DNA of 14,033 nt from Limisphaerales bacterium. Its GTDB lineage: Bacteria > Verrucomicrobiota > Verrucomicrobiia > Limisphaerales > JAJOIW01. Made by a program: the position numbers and the translations under genes. Positions within the stretch are counted from its first letter, which is position 1, and every line of letters starts with the position of its first letter. This document shows positions 1 through 5,252 of the stretch, one piece after another. Location: positions 102,806 through 116,838 of the forward strand of contig CBFHOE010000001.1 in assembly GCA_965657355.1 (NCBI GenBank), given 5' to 3'. The notes under the pieces were generated by a model. It saw nothing but the letters and a program-made list of their open reading frames with translations. It had not been told where the DNA came from and made no database searches.

Positions 1-6
1 TGTTTC

Positions 7-31
7 GCACTCGTAACTTAATTGGCTAGTG
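7..31 (+). repeat. Degenerate direct repeat of the tRNA-Arg 5' end (candidate att site, left island boundary)
   Basis: GCACTCGTAACTTAATTGGCTAGTG (7-31) vs GCACCCGTAGCTCAATTGGATAGAG (4883-4907): 20/25 identical, ungapped, same orientation, starting exactly at tRNA position 1. No tRNA 3' half follows. Confidence 0.7.
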
Positions 32-147
32 TCTGGCCATGATGTTTTTTCGCCTTATCTCATTATCTTCCCGCATGGCTTTTCTGCACTGATGAGCGAG
101 TGAAGTGACTTAAAATTTGCAACCAAGTGTTATGCGCTAGTTATCAA

Positions 148-468
148 ATGAAAAGTCGAAATAGCTACACCAGGGAGTTCAAAGCTTAAGTCATCAAAAT
201 GGTTATAAATGGTCAGCAGGTCTCAGAGGCCTCCAGAGATCTGTAGATAAATACCAGCCTTCTCTACCAATGGGTTCGCAAAGCCAATGTGAATTCAAAC
301 TCTCCACAACTAATGCAGGAGCTGGAGCAGCACCATGAATCTACCGACGCGATGCAGGTGCTCCGACATTTATGGAATAAAAACAGCACTCTTCAACAGG
401 AGAATCAAATTTTAAAAAAAGCCGCCATTATTTTAGGCACAAATCCCCACAACAAATCAGGGCAATAG
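148..468 (+). pseudogene. IS3-family transposase OrfA (HTH) with two in-frame stops
   Basis: Manual translation: MKSRNSYTREFKA*VIKMVINGQQVSEASRDL*INTSLLYQWVRK...LQQENQILKKAAIILG. Has the typical Y-T-x-EFK, LYQW and ENxILKKA motifs; stops at 187-189 (TAA) and 244-246 (TAG). Confidence 0.88.
414..421 (+). other. IS3-type -1 programmed frameshift slippery site (AAAAAAAG)
   Basis: A7G at the LKKA codons of OrfA. The -1 frame stays open from here into the OrfB fragment at 522-800. Confidence 0.75.
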
Positions 469-1300
469 TTCAGGATATCAAGGAGCATACTCAAAGTAGT
501 TTCAGGCAGGTCTGTTGTTTATTGGGATTGGGTCGAAGCAACCTTTATCGAGAAAATGAACAAACGCTAAGATGGACTCGCAACAGTCAATTAGCTCAAT
601 CCATCAAAAGATGCTTTGTCGGCCATCAAGCTCGGTATGGATATCGCAGGTTATACGAGGATCTGGTTGAGTCAGGCCAACGCTGCACCATTGGATTGGG
701 TCAAAAAATCATGAGCCACCATGGTTTATTGGCCATAAGCCACAGGGCATTCGTTCCACGAACCAGTGATGGCAAAGCCCACGAACCTTCGCCTAATTGA
801 ATTGGATCCAACGGGATACCAAATGAGCTAAATAAAATATGGGTTGGAGACATCACTTATATTAAGAGCCAAACATGTGGGCTATATATCTCGGTTGTGA
901 TGGATCTGTGATCTCGAAAAGTGGTAGGGTGGCATGTAAGTCAAAAGCCTGATGCTGATCTGGTCACACAAGCGCTTAAGAAAGCGGTAAGAAGTCGAAG
1001 CTATAAATCAGGACAGTTGATCTTTCATTTAGATCGAGTAAGCCAACATGGAGGTAAGATGATACGAACATTATTAAAAGATTTAGGAATCATTCGAAGC
1101 ATGTCGGGAAAAGCTAATCCTTATGACAATGCGTGGACAGAATCATTAAATTAGAGCTGAATCAGCATGAGGATTTGGAAGTTATTTATGAGGCAAGGAA
1201 CCAAATACATGAATACATTGAAGGTTACTATAACTCAATTAGAAGGCACTCAAGACTCAACTGCCAACCAACGATTTATTACGAAGATCAGAAAAAATAA
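420..1300 (+). pseudogene. IS3-family transposase OrfB (DDE/rve integrase core), disrupted
   Basis: Motifs YGYRRL, WVGDITYI (840-863), MDL*SRKVVGW, IFHLDR, SMSGKANPYDNAWTES, then in another frame KLE...EYIEGYYNSIRRHSRL. TGA stops at 798-800 and 909-911; deletion/frameshift near 1145-1154; final TAA at 1298-1300. Confidence 0.92.
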
Positions 1301-1513
1301 TGTAGAATTAAACCATACTCTGGTCCATTTTTTCGTTGCACCTCAATGTGAGGGTTTGACAAATAGCACTGTAGCTTCAATCCAACAACCTCGTTATCCG
1401 AAATTTGGTTTCAAGCAGTAAATTTGCGTGCTGCGGTTTACTGCGGTGGCGTACTTACAAAAGTGAGGTGGCGATTTTGCATCACCCCATTCTGCTAGTT
1501 GCTAAATAACAGT

Positions 1514-1834
1514 ATGAACAAAAGTGCATTACAAGACATACAGCAAGCACTGAACGCGATACGTAGCGAAATTGAAGGTGTGGACGACGAGACGAAGTGG
1601 GCAGCACTTGAGCTGCTGCTTGGCACAAGCAGCAGTGTTGTGGCGCTTGCTAAGAAGATGGCAAAACCGGAAACAAAGACAGTTACACGCACGGTAGCTG
1701 TTCCAAAGACAAAGATAGTCAAGCAAGAACCACAGCAGCAGACGACATCACAAGACACGAATCGAACAGACTTCACACCTATTCGTCCACAGCCACCGTT
1801 ACCAAATCAGCAAGACGACAGAGACAAACGTTAG
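1514..1834 (+). CDS. Hypothetical protein (106 aa; helical N-terminus, T/Q/P-rich low-complexity C-terminus)
   Basis: Open frame from ATG 1514 (the track starts at TTG 1499). Protein-like amphipathic N-terminal half; no recognised family. Confidence 0.5.
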   Translation: MNKSALQDIQQALNAIRSEIEGVDDETKWAALELLLGTSSSVVALAKKMAKPETKTVTRTVAVPKTKIVKQEPQQQTTSQDTNRTDFTPIRPQPPLPNQQDDRDKR

Positions 1835-2028
1835 AAAACCAGTCAAAAGTGCATGGTTTGTAGTTCTTTGACTGTATGGTTGGCACTATAGCTGACTGGC
1901 ATAGTGGTACTAGGAAAATACTTTCTCCTTAAAATAATCGTGCTACTGCAAACGTAGAAAAAATGTGCTGTTCATCCTTTTAACAAATCTATAATATAAA
2001 ACTGGCATTCCACCAACGGAGGTGAGAG

Positions 2029-2193
2029 TTGGCAACTGAGATGGAAGCAATTCAGTAGCAGATGGTTGAAGCTAAAAAAAACGAAGGTCCGAACGAACTG
2101 AAAAAAGTAAAACGTCTTTGCAAAGAGTTTGGCTACACTGCTGGCATGCTGAAGGGTTCACTAGCTGAAGGGCGGAAAAAAAGTGATCAATAA
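2029..2193 (+). pseudogene. Small basic helical protein, H-NS N-terminal-like, with in-frame TAG (a 43-aa ORF remains at 2062-2193)
   Basis: Strong SD GGAGGTG (2018-2024), TTG at 2029; MATEMEAIQ*QMVEAKKNEGPNELKKVKRLCKEFGYTAGMLKGSLAEGRKKSDQ*. The pattern (lysine-rich helix, then 'EFGYT..ML') resembles the H-NS/HvrA oligomerisation segment. No DNA-binding-domain motif. Confidence 0.5.
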
Positions 2194-3292
2194 TTTCTCT
2201 TTTCTAGAATCGAAAAAAGCTCTTCTTGTTAATTTCACAGGAAGTTCATATCACTGGGGATGTTATGGCACATCGATGGAGATCTATCACAGTTTACTAG
2301 AGAAAAATTATTATGTAGAGACAGTTAACGTCGGCGTTACGCATCGCATATCTCCAACAGCAGAGAACCTTTCTGATTTTGACGATCAGGGGTTCTATGA
2401 AAGATTTTCCGAACAAAACCAATATTTAATTCAATCTTTGTATGAGTCGGATGTCGTTGTGGTTAATGGGGAAGGTACTCTACATAGGCTCAGTAAAGGA
2501 TCTATCAACCTTCTTTATATTATGTATATATGCAAGAAGTATTTAAATAAAAAAGTTCATTTAATAAATTTTTCATGTTTTCCTAATGGAGATGCAACAA
2601 TGCCAGTAGGAGCTACTACTTTATATCCCGATGTGCTGAGGTATTTGGATAAAATCGCAACAAGAGATCATATAACCAATGAAATCTTATCCGCAAGTGG
2701 GGTTAAGACAGCGCAATCTTTCGATTGTTTACCTCGTTTTCTTGCGCGCTATGGTGAAGAGAATAGCCACGCGCCTGCTGGAAATATCTTGGTAACGGGC
2801 GGCGTTTCATTTCAAGAAAATCGTTATGAAGTTATGGTAGATTTCATCAATCATTTCTTGAAAAAAAATGTAAGTGTAAAATTCCTTTTAGGCGCACATT
2901 TTTCACCGGCTCAAGAAGATACAATACTGCAAAAAAAACTTAAAAAAAATCCTAATCTAGCTAATCTTGAAGTTGTACAGGCACAATCAATGCGACAATG
3001 GATCGATGAATTTAAATCGGCATCATTTCTTTTCTCTGCTAGGTTTCATCATTCGATAGCTGCTCTAAGTGTAGGAACACCGTTTAGGTATATGAGTTCG
3101 AATACACCAAAAATTAGTGCGATTCTTGAAACCATCGGTGAGAACGTAAACGAGCTTTATATTGCGGACAACGACACAGACAAACTGATAGATTCTGCTG
3201 AAGAATGCATATACAATTCTGCATCCATGAAATCAGAAAAACGTTTAAAAACCATGATATCAATGGCAAATGAGAATTTTGTAGGCCTTTAA
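2183..3292 (+). CDS. Polysaccharide pyruvyl transferase family protein (WcaK/CsaB-like superfamily)
   Basis: 369-aa intact ORF with YHWGC near the N-terminus, VVVNGEGTLH, TRDxxT, and SARFHHSIAALSVGTPF (R-[FLM]-H...A...G-x-P motif). Confidence 0.8.
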   Translation: MINNFSFLESKKALLVNFTGSSYHWGCYGTSMEIYHSLLEKNYYVETVNVGVTHRISPTAENLSDFDDQGFYERFSEQNQYLIQSLYESDVVVVNGEGTLHRLSKGSINLLYIMYICKKYLNKKVHLINFSCFPNGDATMPVGATTLYPDVLRYLDKIATRDHITNEILSASGVKTAQSFDCLPRFLARYGEENSHAPAGNILVTGGVSFQENRYEVMVDFINHFLKKNVSVKFLLGAHFSPAQEDTILQKKLKKNPNLANLEVVQAQSMRQWIDEFKSASFLFSARFHHSIAALSVGTPFRYMSSNTPKISAILETIGENVNELYIADNDTDKLIDSAEECIYNSASMKSEKRLKTMISMANENFVGL

Positions 3293-3640
3293 ATCGTAGC
3301 TGCATCAGGTGACTATTAACTTGGCGTGTTAGCGTTTTGATGCCGGCAAAATCAGTAGCCATAAAATTACTAAACCAAGAAAGTAAGGTGCGCTGATAGA
3401 GAACCAAGCACAGTTTGGTAGACGAGTGACACAAAAGAACAAGTGAACAAACGAACAGAACAACGTGTATGATTTATGAACGTTCATCGTCTTACAATGT
3501 GCAACAAGGGATTTCGCAAACTATTGAATACGAGTGTAGGACCATTAGCTCTGGTTACTTTGAATTTAAGTTTCCAATGACCATCAATAGAGCCGTCCGC
3601 TTTGGTCGTGGTTATAGTTTCGATTAATGTATTTGCTTCC

Positions 3641-3811
3641 TCAGTTGGGATAATTTCTTTCTTCCAAGTTATCATACACCAAAGCCAGGCCACAGGATCC
3701 GACCCCCAAATCCAAACCTAAGGTAAGGTTTTCATCTATGCATGTGGGGAATGTCAAAGGCAGCCTCTGCAATGGTAAGTCTGAGTTAGTTATTACTGGG
3801 TGACCCTTCAT
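3641..3811 (-). pseudogene. cas9: Truncated Cas9 N-terminal fragment (RuvC-I motif only), type II-C-like
   Basis: Manual translation of the minus strand: MKGHPVITNSDLPLQRLPLTFPTCIDENLTLGLDLGVGSCGLALVYDNLEERNYPN*. LGLDLGVGSCGLAL fits the Cas9 RuvC-I consensus LG[LI]D[LI]GxxS[IVC]GWA, with catalytic D at 3710-3712. No bridge helix was found downstream. Confidence 0.65.
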
Positions 3812-3851
3812 ATTAAAAGTCTATGCAATATCTAAGTTTGGGTCTAGATTT

Positions 3852-3938
3852 TTGGCGGAATTAGAAGGGCAGCCGCGGTTAAGGTTACCTCTGAAAAGTT
3901 ACCCTAGGTCGCTCATGGCCGGGGGGCTCTCATTTTTT
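3852..3938 (+). ncRNA. Putative tracrRNA (anti-repeat, nexus, hairpin, U-tract), divergent from the cas9 fragment
   Basis: Order: ...GGGCAGCCGCGGT; TAAGG; GGT..CT-GAAA-AG..ACC stem; GGTCG-CTCA-TGGCC hairpin; T6 at 3933-3938. A candidate -10 TAGATT lies at 3845-3850. Position and orientation are typical of type II-C loci. Confidence 0.5.
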
Positions 3939-3976
3939 CTAATGTTTTCTTGAGTAGTCACGAGGCCCTCATCTCC

Positions 3977-4794
3977 TCATCGGATAGTCATTGATGGAAA
4001 GTTGCCAGCAAATTGAACGTCACCCCACTTAAGATTAATAGCTTTGCCAATTCTCATACCCGAATAAGCTAATAACTCAATAAGGTTACCGGCTTCCTGT
4101 GTTCTGGGATCTAGAAGTCCAAAAGGCCTGGTCACTTCTTTTGGTGCTTCGTTATTAAACATTCGCACCTCATTAATTAATTTATGGAATTCACTTTTTA
4201 ATAATATGTAGGGATGCTTAGATTTACTTCGCTTGGGTTTTAGTCCCCTTACTCTAAAACCAGGGTCAGGGCGTGCAGGGTTCTTGTTAATTAATCTTTT
4301 CTCCACAGCGAAATCCATTACACTGATTAATTCACATCTCTCCCTGTTAAACGTACTGGTTGATATCTGTTTTCCCCGGGATACTTGCCATTTATCTAAT
4401 TCTATCTGAGAAATGCGACTAACGGCCAATTTTCCAAAATATGGAAGCAGTGCATCAACAGATACTTTTACTCTTTTAGAAGATTTGATTTTAATCCCTC
4501 GGTTCTGATTGGAAGCCACAAATCAGCTAAGGTTTCAAATGAAGTATTTCTGCTAAGTTCAGAGCTATAAATTGGGCCAGAGTCAATTTGGTCCAGAAAT
4601 GCTTTGGCCTTTCTTTTAGCAAGCTGGAGGTCTGTTGTTCTCAGGGAACGTTTGAGCTGTTTTCCTTGCCTTTTGACTCTCAAGTAATAGACTTTGGTTC
4701 TGCTGTGTCGGATCAAAGTTTCACCAACTCGCTTCCATGTATAAGCCACAGATCCAGCCGGTTTTGCACCGGTATTGGAGCGCTTGGTTTTCAT
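3977..4794 (-). pseudogene. Tyrosine recombinase/phage-type integrase, frameshifted and C-terminally truncated
   Basis: 4468-4794 encodes an arm-binding-like N-terminus (YYLRVKRQGKQLKRSLRTTDLQLAKRK). After a frameshift near 4480-4490, 3977-4519 encodes the core-binding region (STFNRE...FAVEKRLINKNPA) and box I (LLAYSGMRIGKAINLKWGDV). No HxxR or catalytic Tyr box follows. Adjacent to a tRNA. Confidence 0.88.
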
Positions 4795-4810
4795 GAAATA
4801 CAGTATGGGG

Positions 4811-4839
4811 TTGCAAAAATGGGTTGCTATACATATTTT
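4811..4839 (+). promoter_or_regulatory. Candidate sigma70 promoter for tRNA-Arg
   Basis: TTGCAA (4811-4816), N17, TATTTT (4834-4839), ending 43 nt before the tRNA. Confidence 0.35.
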
Positions 4840-4882
4840 GGCGAGGTGTTAGAAATAGAAATCCCCAACAGCCTCTTGGTTT

Positions 4883-4959
4883 GCACCCGTAGCTCAATTG
4901 GATAGAGCGACGGTTTCCGGAGCCGTAGGTTATGAGTTCGATCCTCGTCGGGTGCACCA
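4883..4959 (+). tRNA. tRNA-Arg (anticodon CCG)
   Basis: 77 nt. Acceptor stem GCACCCG/CGGGTGC plus A-CCA; D arm GCTC-AATTGGATA-GAGC; anticodon stem ACGGT/GCCGT with loop TTCCGGA (CCG at 4917-4919); T arm ATGAG-TTCGATC-CTCGT. Confidence 0.97.
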
Positions 4960-5172
4960 TTTTCTTTCTTTGGGCGAATACGGATTTATTAAAAAATTTA
5001 GTGAGAACTTCTCTGGCAATATTTGGAATTCTCTTCGAAAAGAATCACATGATAAACCTGTTTAAAGCTCACATGGGTCTTGTCTTTACATCCCAATTAT
5101 AGAAATAGGAAAAGGAGTTCACCCAAGGGTGAAAGGAGTCAAGGATATCGAGTAGCTTTTGAATCGTCGTAA

Positions 5173-5218
5173 AAAAGCATATAAGCCTTGATTTAAGGGC
5201 TCTTTTAAAAATGCTTTT
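5173..5218. terminator. Possible terminator hairpin between the convergent tRNA and TonB operon
   Basis: Outer AAAAGCAT (5173-5180)/ATGCTTTT (5211-5218) arms enclose an imperfect AGCCTT/AAGGGCT stem, ~35 nt past the TPR gene stop. Confidence 0.35.
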
Positions 5219-5252
5219 GGAATTGAATTATAATTGTCGATTGGGCGGGCTG

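Larger units (their letters stand above)
101..1345 (+). mobile_element. IS3-family insertion sequence, degenerate
   Basis: orfA/orfB remnants; ~1.25 kb; ends 5'-TG...CA-3'. Left end TGAAGTGACTTAAAATTTGCAACCA (101-125) matches the reverse complement of the right end TGAGGTGCAACGAAAAAATGGACCA (1321-1345) at 13/25. The left end is less certain and no clear target duplication is visible. Confidence 0.85.
7..4907. mobile_element. Decayed tRNA-Arg-associated integrative genomic island
   Basis: Flanked by the tRNA 5'-end repeat and the tRNA itself. Tyrosine integrase pseudogene next to the tRNA; interior is rich in pseudogenes and mosaic, unlike the tightly packed intact genes right of the tRNA. 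Confidence 0.7.

Noticed and set aside
1167..1421. 84-aa ORF in the track
   Set aside because: Off-frame shadow of the IS3 OrfB C-terminus (the real frame reads EYIEGYYNSIRRHS) and it runs across the IS right end.
3437..3462. Canonical LexA box
   Set aside because: GAAC units are spaced 8, 8 and 5 nt, fitting neither GAAC-N7-GAAC nor TGTTC-N4-GAACA.
3484..3693. 69-aa minus-strand ORF as a frameshifted continuation of Cas9
   Set aside because: No G-x-R-x-F motif or arginine-rich bridge helix as expected after RuvC-I. It may be an unrelated gene fragment, but I cannot assign it.
3641..3811. IscB/TnpB (OMEGA) interpretation of the RuvC-I stub
   Set aside because: The motif is GLDLGxxSxG (Cas9-like) rather than the GIDPG typical of IscB, there is no PLMP motif, and TnpB RuvC-I is not N-terminal. 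Not fully excluded without an HMM search.
1..4882. CRISPR array or cas1/cas2 accompanying the cas9 stub
   Set aside because: No regularly spaced ~36-nt repeats, no second copy of the predicted repeat, and no Cas1/Cas2-like translation found by eye.
4588..4960. ORFs 4588-4905 (+) and 4721-4960 (-)
   Set aside because: They overlap the integrase and the tRNA; the 79-aa peptide is the typical antisense-tRNA translation artefact.
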